The notes beneath the pieces are model-generated. The model was not told the DNA's origin and did not search any database. It worked only from the letters and a program-made list of their open reading frames with translations. Below are positions 43,277-51,286 of a DNA stretch of 64,000 nt, piece by piece; the first letter of the stretch is position 1; each line of letters opens with the position of its first letter. A program made the translations under genes and the position numbers. This stretch comes from Candidatus Eremiobacteria bacterium (GTDB lineage Bacteria; Vulcanimicrobiota; Vulcanimicrobiia; Vulcanimicrobiales; Vulcanimicrobiaceae). Where the stretch lies: assembly GCA_963737065.1 (NCBI GenBank), contig CAVTRC010000002.1, positions 384,001-448,000 of the forward strand, in the 5' to 3' direction.

Positions 43277-43413
43277 ATTCATTTGTCGTATTCGGAATTA
43301 TCGGATTTGCGATCTGGTGGGTACACCGGTTCACCGAACGGCGCCGGCGTCCGTCACGAGCAACGGACGACGCGTTCTCGCATGCCCTGCTCCCGTCGAA
43401 GGACTGGAACTAG
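43273..43413 (+). CDS. Unannotated 46-aa single-TM protein
   Basis: AAGGAG RBS, ATGA overlap with GntR stop; MNSFVVFGIIGFAIWWVHRFTERRRRPS.. Confidence 0.6.
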   Translation: MNSFVVFGIIGFAIWWVHRFTERRRRPSRATDDAFSHALLPSKDWN

Positions 43414-45023
43414 AGCTCGATCCCCAGCGCATCGCGAAGCGGGCGCAACAATTCGCCATACGCCCGCGAACGGCCGACGGAGTGCGAATATATGGGCTGA
43501 CGAACTTGCGACGCGCTCGCCGTGCGAACCATGCGTTTCGTTTCATAAAACGATAAGCACCGATCGTCCCATTCGAGCCCGCAATGTGCGATGATGCGCC
43601 GGGCGTGTGTTTCCAGGTCGCCGACCAGGTCTTCATATTGGACTTCCAGCATGGCACCGTCAGGGAAAACGTCCTTCCAATGCCGCATGAGTTTGCTGTA
43701 GGCGCGATAGTAGTGGCCGAGCTCATGGAGGTCACAAGTCCACGCGATCCCATCGCTAAAGAGCGTGCTGAAGCAGGACCAGCACGTATCGAGTGCATCG
43801 CGTCGCGCGTGAATGAGCCGCGCGTTCGGTAAAACCATGCGGATCAATCCGGCGTAGCGGAAGTTCAGTGGCATTTTGTCGGTCACTCGCATTGCCATCG
43901 GTGGCGCTATTCGGTCGATGGCGTCCGCGTATCGAACGCCGACTTCGGCGGTAACGTGTCCCGGCCGCGCAAAGACGCCCCGCACGATGTCGTCCAGAAA
44001 CGTCAGCTCGCCTCCCGCGCAAACATATGGGTGACTCGCGATGATCTGCTCGATCAACGTTGTTCCCGAGCGCGGCATGCCGAAGATGAAGACGGGCCGC
44101 TGCGTGCCGTGGTACCCGAGTGAACCGCGGGCAAGCACGTCCTTCGAAAAAATCGTTTCGATGTCGTTGAAATTCCTCACCATTTCCAACTCGTCATACT
44201 CGAGCAAGCTGCGGTTGATCGCATTTCCTTTCACGTAGTGGTGAAATGCGGTTTCCCAATCGGATCGTGAGGCGGCAACGTCGCCGAGCGCGAAGTGCGC
44301 TTCTACCCGTTGCTCGGTCGGGCAACACGGATCCGCCACTAACGCCTCCAGCGTCTCGGTGAATGCTGCGCACGCCGTCGATCGCGTCGTCGACGTCAAA
44401 TAGCGATAGTATTCGGGCCGGCGTGGGTTCAGCCGGATGGCCTCCTCGATGGCCGCTTGACCACCGGCGAGATCTCCGAATTCCGTCCGCGCGTTCGCGA
44501 GCGTGGCCCATGCGTTCGCGAGGCCGGGATCACACCGGACTGCCGTCTCGAGTGCTTCGATCGCACGCTCTAAGCGTCCCAAACGGAACAAGACGGCGCC
44601 CAGGGCCTCGTACGTTTCGGCGGACCGGTCTCCGCCGTCGATCGCGCCATGGAGGAGCCGCAACGCCGCTTCGTCGCGCTCGTACTTCTGGTACCACGGG
44701 AGCGCATTCATCAAGGCCTCATGGAAGCCCGGACTTACCTCCAACGCTCGCTCGAAATACGTCTGGGCCTCGTCGGGTTTTCCGACGGCGCGCAGGACCG
44801 CTCCGAAATTATTCAACGCCTCCGCGGAAGCGGGGTTCAGCGCGATTGCGACGGCGAGTGCTTTCGCGGCATCCTCATAGCGTTTCGTAAGCGCCAGCAC
44901 CGACCCAAGCTTCTCGTATGCGGCCGGCGACCGGGGATCGGCCGATACGGCGGCTCGCGCGGCCGTTATCGCTTGATCGAAAAGCCCGGCAGCGGCTAGT
45001 GTGCGAACGGGGTCCGGATCCAC
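43410..45023 (-). CDS. TPR-repeat sulfotransferase
   Basis: N-terminal TPRs; FIFGMPRSGTTL PAPS loop, DKMPLN, VRTASASQVRQPIY. Confidence 0.9.
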   Translation of the reverse strand: MDPDPVRTLAAAGLFDQAITAARAAVSADPRSPAAYEKLGSVLALTKRYEDAAKALAVAIALNPASAEALNNFGAVLRAVGKPDEAQTYFERALEVSPGFHEALMNALPWYQKYERDEAALRLLHGAIDGGDRSAETYEALGAVLFRLGRLERAIEALETAVRCDPGLANAWATLANARTEFGDLAGGQAAIEEAIRLNPRRPEYYRYLTSTTRSTACAAFTETLEALVADPCCPTEQRVEAHFALGDVAASRSDWETAFHHYVKGNAINRSLLEYDELEMVRNFNDIETIFSKDVLARGSLGYHGTQRPVFIFGMPRSGTTLIEQIIASHPYVCAGGELTFLDDIVRGVFARPGHVTAEVGVRYADAIDRIAPPMAMRVTDKMPLNFRYAGLIRMVLPNARLIHARRDALDTCWSCFSTLFSDGIAWTCDLHELGHYYRAYSKLMRHWKDVFPDGAMLEVQYEDLVGDLETHARRIIAHCGLEWDDRCLSFYETKRMVRTASASQVRQPIYSHSVGRSRAYGELLRPLRDALGIEL

Positions 45024-45031
45024 CTTACCGG

Positions 45032-45059
45032 TTATCGGCGGCGCAACACGCGGCTGTTA
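45032..45059 (-). promoter_or_regulatory. Putative sigma28 promoter for the sulfotransferase
   Basis: Minus strand TAAC-N16-GCCGATAA (perfect -10). Confidence 0.55.
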
Positions 45060-45085
45060 AAGTGCGGCCGCGACGCGGCCGAAGA
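45058..45085 (+). promoter_or_regulatory. Putative sigma28 promoter for flagellin
   Basis: TAAA-N16-GCCGAAGA. Confidence 0.65.
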
Positions 45086-45154
45086 CCCATGAGAAGGAAG
45101 AGGATGGATCCTCTCCTCTTTGGCGCAGCGCGCGCTTCTATGGAGGGAAATCGC

Positions 45155-46537
45155 GTGGGGCAAGGCCTCTCGATTGCCAATAATCTTTTGGCAAACAACG
45201 TTCAGCTCAACCTCGACCGGAACCAAGAGTTACTCAAGAACACGGTGACGCAGCTCTCGTCCGGTTTGCGTATAAACACGGCTGCTGACGATCCCTCCGG
45301 CCTCGCGATTGCGACGAACTTGCAAACGCAAGTCAACGGATATAACGCCGCGATCCAAAACGTCCAAAACGCTAACAACGCAGCGCAAGTTGCTTCGGGC
45401 GCGCTTCAAACGACGACCGATATCCTGCAGCGCATCCGCAACCTTGCGGTCGAAGCCGCTTCGGATGTCAATAGCAACAGCGACCGGACGAATCTCCAAG
45501 CCGAAGTATCGCAGCTGCTGCTCGAAGTCAATCGCATCTCGCAGAACGCGAACTTCAACGGCCAAGCGCTTCTCGACGGAAGCCATGCCGGTTTCCAAGC
45601 GGAGCAGAACGCGTTTCTGAACGTTAGTGCGAATGCGTCACTCTCGACGAACGGAAACCTCGCGCAAGTAAACGGCATCAACTACGGGTTTCTCGTCGCA
45701 TCTGCGAGCGGTTATCATGCAGGCGGGATCAATTACTTCAACACGACACCGGGCGGTTCGGGAACGTATAAGGGCGTCTTCGGGCTCGGGAGCGGCGCCG
45801 GCGATCAAGCCACCGTAGACGGCACGATCGAATTGCAAGTAATCAACACCGGCGTTTCGATCGCGGTGCAAGAAACGTTTATCGAGAGCGCAACAGGATT
45901 GGTTTGTGTATCGTCCACGCTCTTCGGCGGACAAGGCGGGAAACAGGCGGCGTCTCCCGGCGGGACCAATCTTCGGACCATCGCTAACACGAAGACGTCG
46001 GCAACGGGTGCTTCGGGATTCGACAACGTGGTCGTCACGCTCGGCTACTTCACGACAGCCGACGTGGGTACGACCGCGTACATCAAAGTGAGCCAGAACG
46101 TGGCCGCACTGACGAATCCGAACAATCCGGCGCTCAGCTTTCAATCGGCTGCCGACGAAGGCGACGTTATTCAGATCGGAATTGAAGCGACGAATACGGC
46201 GACGTTGCGAATATCGAATATCAACCTTGCAGTGTCGGCCGCGAGTGCGAGCTCGCTCGGCGCGGAAGACGCGATCGGGCAAATCGATAATGCGTTACAA
46301 CGGATTCTGAATCAGCAAGCCCAGTTGGGCGCGGCGATCGTACGATTGAACGAAGACGCGAGTAGCGACAATATCGCCGCCGTGAATCTTCAAGCGTCGG
46401 AATCATCGATTCGCGATTTGAACGTCGGTCAAGCGACGACCGAATTCACGAAGGAACAGATCCTCGTGCAAGTCGGAACGTCGGTCTTGGCGCAGTCCAA
46501 TAGCAACGCGCAGTCCGTCTTGGGGCTTTTCGGCTAA
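45155..46537 (+). CDS. fliC: Flagellin
   Basis: LSSGLRINTAADDPSGLAIA N-terminus; QAQLGA..RL, ASESSIRD, SVLAQSN C-terminus; GGAGG RBS before GTG. Confidence 0.92.
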   Translation: MGQGLSIANNLLANNVQLNLDRNQELLKNTVTQLSSGLRINTAADDPSGLAIATNLQTQVNGYNAAIQNVQNANNAAQVASGALQTTTDILQRIRNLAVEAASDVNSNSDRTNLQAEVSQLLLEVNRISQNANFNGQALLDGSHAGFQAEQNAFLNVSANASLSTNGNLAQVNGINYGFLVASASGYHAGGINYFNTTPGGSGTYKGVFGLGSGAGDQATVDGTIELQVINTGVSIAVQETFIESATGLVCVSSTLFGGQGGKQAASPGGTNLRTIANTKTSATGASGFDNVVVTLGYFTTADVGTTAYIKVSQNVAALTNPNNPALSFQSAADEGDVIQIGIEATNTATLRISNINLAVSAASASSLGAEDAIGQIDNALQRILNQQAQLGAAIVRLNEDASSDNIAAVNLQASESSIRDLNVGQATTEFTKEQILVQVGTSVLAQSNSNAQSVLGLFG

Positions 46538-46584
46538 GCGCTTGAACCCCGCACACTACGGCCGATAAATCATCGGTCGCGATA

Positions 46585-48300
46585 CTAGCCGCGCAGGGCG
46601 AGCATCGCCACGCGCATTGCGTTTAGCGGTGTCTTGTGCATCTCGAAATCGAGCAGTGCTTTTGCGGTGCGATGGGCGGCGTTGTTTGTGATGAACCACG
46701 GAGGCTTAGGAAGCAGCGTCGAGCCGTACCGCCCAACGCTGCGCGGAAATTCAGCAAATGGGGCGTAGATAACGCTCTTTTCCGTGCGGTCAAAGAGATA
46801 GGAATTATGCACGACGCCGATGCCGCTGCGAACGTCGTCGGGCGTGTGGCCGGGATACGCGCCCCAGGGGGTTTCCGTTAGCAAAAACGCGACGCCGGTC
46901 CACGCGTTCACGCCCAGGCACCCGAAGCGCAGCCCGGCAATTGCGGCATCCAGTTCGCCGGCAAAGTCGTGCATCGTCTTTGGATGAACGATGATGTTTG
47001 CACCGAGCGTGCCCCATAAGCGCTCGTTAGCGAAGGCCGTGGCCGTTTTGAGAAACTCACCCGTCTCGCCCGGTAGCGTCGTGACCGCTAAAACACTCGA
47101 AAAAGCCTCCGTTTCGAACGCTGTTGCAAAAGAATGTGCCTCGATGTTGACGATCGTTCGGTGAGTGAATTCCTCTCCACGTTTGCCGAAGCGCGAGATG
47201 TTTTCGTGTCCGTCGGTGAGCGCTTCGCAGCGCTCGGCGGCGCCGGGGTAATATGCGGGACGGTCGGCGATTGCGTCCATGACATTCCCGATCTGTGCGA
47301 GCAGTTTGTTTGTGCCGTCCCAGGATTTCGGGAGGATCAGCACTTGGCTTGCGACGCAGTTGAAGCCGCCGTTATGCATCTTTTGCGTCGCGATGTGTTC
47401 GGCTTGGAACTTGAAGTCCGCATCCGTCCACTTGCCCGGCACGACGATCGTCGGCGAAACGTTGCCGAGTTCGGATGTAACTGGTTTGTGTAAGACGGGA
47501 TCGTTACGCCGCTTGCGTTCGGCGGCATCCGGGCCATCGCCGAAAACGATACGGTCGTGCGTCGTTGCGCTGCCGGTTACGTGAACCTCGTCCACCAGCG
47601 GATGGGCGCACAGGAACTTTCCGACATCCGCTCCACCGTACGCCAGACGGAGAAAGCCTTCGTCCACGAGCGGCCTCAGCGCATCTTCGAAAATCGGCCC
47701 CAAATACTCGCTGACCGGATTCATCTTCAAGATGCAGACGGCGCCATCAGCGATCAACTTGTAGAAGACGTCGAGCGGCGGAATCGCCGAGATATTGCCG
47801 GCCGCGAGTACCACTGCAACGCGCGGCTGCGGATCGCGACGCTTGTACCACACCGCCATGGTTTGTGCCAGCGTTGCCGGTGCGACGTCCGGCTGCATCC
47901 AGACCTCTGCGCGAATACCGTTGAAAAGCAACCCGTCGTACGGAGTAGTTGGAAAAACATCAACAACAACGTGCCGGTTTGCGCGCATCCGGACGCGTTT
48001 GCAAGGAAACTGCGGCGTGCCGAAACGTTCGATGTCGCGCAGCGTGCGCACATAGCGATTGAGCGCATACAGAACTGCCCACGGCCCGCTGATCAACTCT
48101 TCGCCCGCGAGAGGCGTCCCCGCGACGCCTTTTGCGTCGGCGGCTGCGTTCGCCCAGCGCTCGGCTTGCGCGTACGTCGCATCGCGCACGCGCTCGAACA
48201 GCGCGGCTTTCGCGCCGGGCGGCAGCGCGATCCAGCGCGTCGCGCCGTCGCGCAATTCGGACAAAGAACGGTCGGTCTCGGCGGGCGTTGCCGCGGGCAT
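46585..48300 (-). CDS. Aldehyde dehydrogenase family protein
   Basis: HVTGS, SELGNVSP, NGGFNC catalytic motifs. Confidence 0.85.
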   Translation of the reverse strand: MPAATPAETDRSLSELRDGATRWIALPPGAKAALFERVRDATYAQAERWANAAADAKGVAGTPLAGEELISGPWAVLYALNRYVRTLRDIERFGTPQFPCKRVRMRANRHVVVDVFPTTPYDGLLFNGIRAEVWMQPDVAPATLAQTMAVWYKRRDPQPRVAVVLAAGNISAIPPLDVFYKLIADGAVCILKMNPVSEYLGPIFEDALRPLVDEGFLRLAYGGADVGKFLCAHPLVDEVHVTGSATTHDRIVFGDGPDAAERKRRNDPVLHKPVTSELGNVSPTIVVPGKWTDADFKFQAEHIATQKMHNGGFNCVASQVLILPKSWDGTNKLLAQIGNVMDAIADRPAYYPGAAERCEALTDGHENISRFGKRGEEFTHRTIVNIEAHSFATAFETEAFSSVLAVTTLPGETGEFLKTATAFANERLWGTLGANIIVHPKTMHDFAGELDAAIAGLRFGCLGVNAWTGVAFLLTETPWGAYPGHTPDDVRSGIGVVHNSYLFDRTEKSVIYAPFAEFPRSVGRYGSTLLPKPPWFITNNAAHRTAKALLDFEMHKTPLNAMRVAMLALRG

Positions 48301-48348
48301 TATGCGCGCGGATTCGTTACGATCGGAGACGCATGAACGCTGCGGGCA

Positions 48349-48762
48349 TTATGTGCCGCCGTGGCCTCCGCTGAGCATCCATTCCTGACCGAAGCGATCG
48401 GTCAACATTCCGAAACTGCCGCCCCAGAACGCCGGTGCGAACGGCATGGTGACGTCGCCGCCTCCGGAAAGCCGGTCGAAAATCGACTTCGCCTCGTTCG
48501 CGTCGTTGCCGGCGAGCGAGAGCGCAACGTTTGCTTCGGATGCCTGACCGCTGCCGGGCCGGCGGTCCGACGCCATAAACGTGAAGCCCTCACCGTTGAA
48601 CGTTGCGTGCATCACTTTTTGCGACCATTCCGAACCGACTTCGGATTCCATCGGTGAACCGGCAAAGCGGTTCAGCTCATAGTCGCCGCCGAGGACCTGC
48701 TTGTAGAACTGCAACGCTTCTTCACAGCGGCCATCGAAGAAAAGATAAGGCTGGAGTTGCAT
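48349..48762 (-). CDS. VOC/PhnB family protein
   Basis: PYLFFDGRCEEALQFY, FWG..FGMLTDRFG..W. Confidence 0.9.
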   Translation of the reverse strand: MQLQPYLFFDGRCEEALQFYKQVLGGDYELNRFAGSPMESEVGSEWSQKVMHATFNGEGFTFMASDRRPGSGQASEANVALSLAGNDANEAKSIFDRLSGGGDVTMPFAPAFWGGSFGMLTDRFGQEWMLSGGHGGT

Positions 48763-48846
48763 CCCCGTATGGTACGACACCATCACGAAACCGTCGTTAA
48801 GGATTCATCTTTGGATGGGTATATCAGTTCCCTCGGAGGGCCTTGC

Positions 48847-49068
48847 ATGAGCGAGTTAGCTACCGAACTGTGGGTTTGTTTACGTGACGGGCGCCGCGTA
48901 TGCGAACGCTACAATCAGCGCGAGATGGCGGAGTTCGTTCGCGCAAACATGTTGGAGCGGATGTCGCATCACATGCCGCTCGTATGTTTTGACGGCGAAC
49001 AAATCGAGATTCCGTCGGAATCGGTCGAACGAATTGAGATCGTCCAGCCGTACTTGACGGCGCCGTAA
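48847..49068 (+). CDS. Small hypothetical protein
   Basis: GGAGG RBS; 73-aa ORF filling the intergenic gap. Confidence 0.55.
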   Translation: MSELATELWVCLRDGRRVCERYNQREMAEFVRANMLERMSHHMPLVCFDGEQIEIPSESVERIEIVQPYLTAP

Positions 49069-49076
49069 ACCGCGAT

Positions 49077-50336
49077 CTACAGCGCCGTCGTGCCGTTCGG
49101 CGAACCGAGCCCGGTTTGCAGCGCGGACGCTCCCATTACAACCGAATTCAAGCCGCTCGTGTGCGTGTAAATGTATTGAGCCGTCGAAAGTTGCGACGCA
49201 TTGCCCGCGAGCGCGATTGCGCCTGCGACGATCGGCGTGGCGACGCTCGTGCCGCCGTAGACTTCCCATCCGCCTCGCAACGCCGCCGGTCCTTTCCCTT
49301 GACCCGCCGAATCGTAGATTGCAACCCCGGTGTTCGGGTCAGCGACCGCGGATACGTCAGCAACGGCGCGTGTCGTGCATGGTGTGGACGTTTGCCATGC
49401 GGGTTTTGCGAAGGCGGTGCTGCAACCATAGCCGGCGTGAGTCCATGCGGCCTCGTACCAGCCGCGTTGCGCGGTCACGCGCATGAGAGTCGTTCCGCCG
49501 ACGGCAATAATCGAAGGCTCCGCCGCGGGCCACGAAACACCGGCTCCGGAGTCGCCGGATCCGGCGACGACGGCTACGCCCGGGTGGGAGAAGACGCCCG
49601 GCATCGCCTGACCGCTATACGATTCCGCGACACTCCAGCTATTGCTTACAACGTTTGCCTTTTGCGCAACCGCCTCAAGAAGTGCCAACACCATGTTACT
49701 GAGGCTGTCGTCATTCGCTTCGACGACGACCAGTTTGCAATTCGGACACACGGCGGACGCCATATCTAAGTCGATCGCTGTTTCGGCGGTCCATCCCGGA
49801 TTGGAGCCGGGAAGATGAGAACTGCCGTTCTGCGCGACGAAACGCAGGCATCCGGTCGACGTGGCACATGCCGGGAGTCCGAACTTCGCTCGGTAGACCG
49901 CGAGATCTGCTGCTGCGGTCGAACTACTGAACGGGACAACAATCGCGATCGTTTGCCCTACACCGCTCGATGATCCCGAGGGGAGAGCATAGGCGGATTG
50001 GAGATCGGCCGGATGGAGGCCGGGTATCTGGCTCACCGGCGTCAATGCGCCGAGCGGCGCAATGTCGGTTCGCTGGCTAGCATGACACGTTATGATCGTC
50101 CCCGAGCACGGATTCACCGTCGGTGCCGGCGTTCCAATGGCAATCGCATGCGCCTCTTGCGGCGAATACTGCCTCGACGTGTTCAAAGCCGGCGATTGAT
50201 CTGCATGGGAAATGCCGGGCATCACCGGGCCGGAAGAACGTGCGCTGCACCCGGTAAGGCAAAGGGAAGCCGCGCACATCACTACCGTGACAACATTAAC
50301 GATTTTACGCATGGGTATCTCCATCAGTTTGGTCAT
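49077..50336 (-). CDS. S53/S8 subtilase-like lipoprotein peptidase
   Basis: LTGC lipobox; ETAIDLD, SGDSG, GGTSVATP. Confidence 0.85.
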   Translation of the reverse strand: MTKLMEIPMRKIVNVVTVVMCAASLCLTGCSARSSGPVMPGISHADQSPALNTSRQYSPQEAHAIAIGTPAPTVNPCSGTIITCHASQRTDIAPLGALTPVSQIPGLHPADLQSAYALPSGSSSGVGQTIAIVVPFSSSTAAADLAVYRAKFGLPACATSTGCLRFVAQNGSSHLPGSNPGWTAETAIDLDMASAVCPNCKLVVVEANDDSLSNMVLALLEAVAQKANVVSNSWSVAESYSGQAMPGVFSHPGVAVVAGSGDSGAGVSWPAAEPSIIAVGGTTLMRVTAQRGWYEAAWTHAGYGCSTAFAKPAWQTSTPCTTRAVADVSAVADPNTGVAIYDSAGQGKGPAALRGGWEVYGGTSVATPIVAGAIALAGNASQLSTAQYIYTHTSGLNSVVMGASALQTGLGSPNGTTAL

Positions 50337-51286
50337 GAGCTCAACACCGTCCGCAGCGCGCGGACAATCTCGGGGTCGAAATGCGTACGAGCGCCGATCT
50401 CCAACTGTTCAAGCGCGTACGCTGGTGGAAGCGGGTCGCGATACGGACGTCTTCCGATCATTGCGTTGAATGCATCAGCAACCGCGACGACTTGCGCCTG
50501 AAGTGAAATCTGCGCTCCGCGCAGTCCGTCGGGGTAGCCTGTGCCGTCGAGTCGTTCGTGGTGATGACGTATCGCCGAACGGTATGGGTGCAAGACTTCC
50601 TCACCATCCGCCATCTGGTCGCCGTGAACGGTATGCGCGCGCATCAACACCCACTCTGATTCCGTAAGCGCCCGCGGAGCCGTGAGAATGCGTTCCGGCA
50701 CGGCGATCTTTCCGATGTCGTGCACGAGACCGGCGCGTGACATTTCTTTGGCCTCGCTGTCGGTGAGATAGAGGCAACGTGCTATTCGCGAACACCACGA
50801 TCCAACAGCTCGGGAATGCTCTGCCGTAAGGGAATCTTGGGTCTCGAGCCGGCTCAACAGCCGGTTGATGGTGCCGTCGACGATATCGAGTTGTTCGTCC
50901 TCGATCGGAATTGACGATGCGAAACTGTCCTCAATGATGTCGACGATCGTCTGGATCAACGGCCGCGCTGTCAACGGAAAACCGTTCTGGGCGGCAACCT
51001 GCGAAAGCACCGGGCCTAACGCTTGCGCAACGTTTTTCGGCGGCCGCAGCACGTTGCTTCCGGATACAGCGTGCTTCGTCCAGTTTAGAAACTGCTCGCA
51101 GTCCGATTCATCGTTCGCTGCAAGTAACGACGTCAAGAACGCCTCGACGAATAAATGGCCGCCGAACGTAGGATACGGCGCGGAGCCATCATGGACGAGG
51201 ATGTCGGCGACAAATGCTTCGCGGCCGTTGCGCAACGCCTTGGCGAACGAGCGAACGATCTGAGTTTGCGCATGTAAGTCAACCAA
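50333..51286 (-). CDS. HD-GYP domain phosphodiesterase
   Basis: HS, HDIGK, HHERLDGTGYP, VADAF, RPYR. Confidence 0.9.
   Translation of the reverse strand: MVDLHAQTQIVRSFAKALRNGREAFVADILVHDGSAPYPTFGGHLFVEAFLTSLLAANDESDCEQFLNWTKHAVSGSNVLRPPKNVAQALGPVLSQVAAQNGFPLTARPLIQTIVDIIEDSFASSIPIEDEQLDIVDGTINRLLSRLETQDSLTAEHSRAVGSWCSRIARCLYLTDSEAKEMSRAGLVHDIGKIAVPERILTAPRALTESEWVLMRAHTVHGDQMADGEEVLHPYRSAIRHHHERLDGTGYPDGLRGAQISLQAQVVAVADAFNAMIGRRPYRDPLPPAYALEQLEIGARTHFDPEIVRALRTVLSS

Noticed and set aside
44918..45154. 79-aa N-terminal extension on flagellin in the ORF track (likewise on P1 peptidase, trpC, YjbQ, NTP transferase)
   Set aside because: Longest-ORF artefact; better RBS-linked or homology-consistent starts lie downstream
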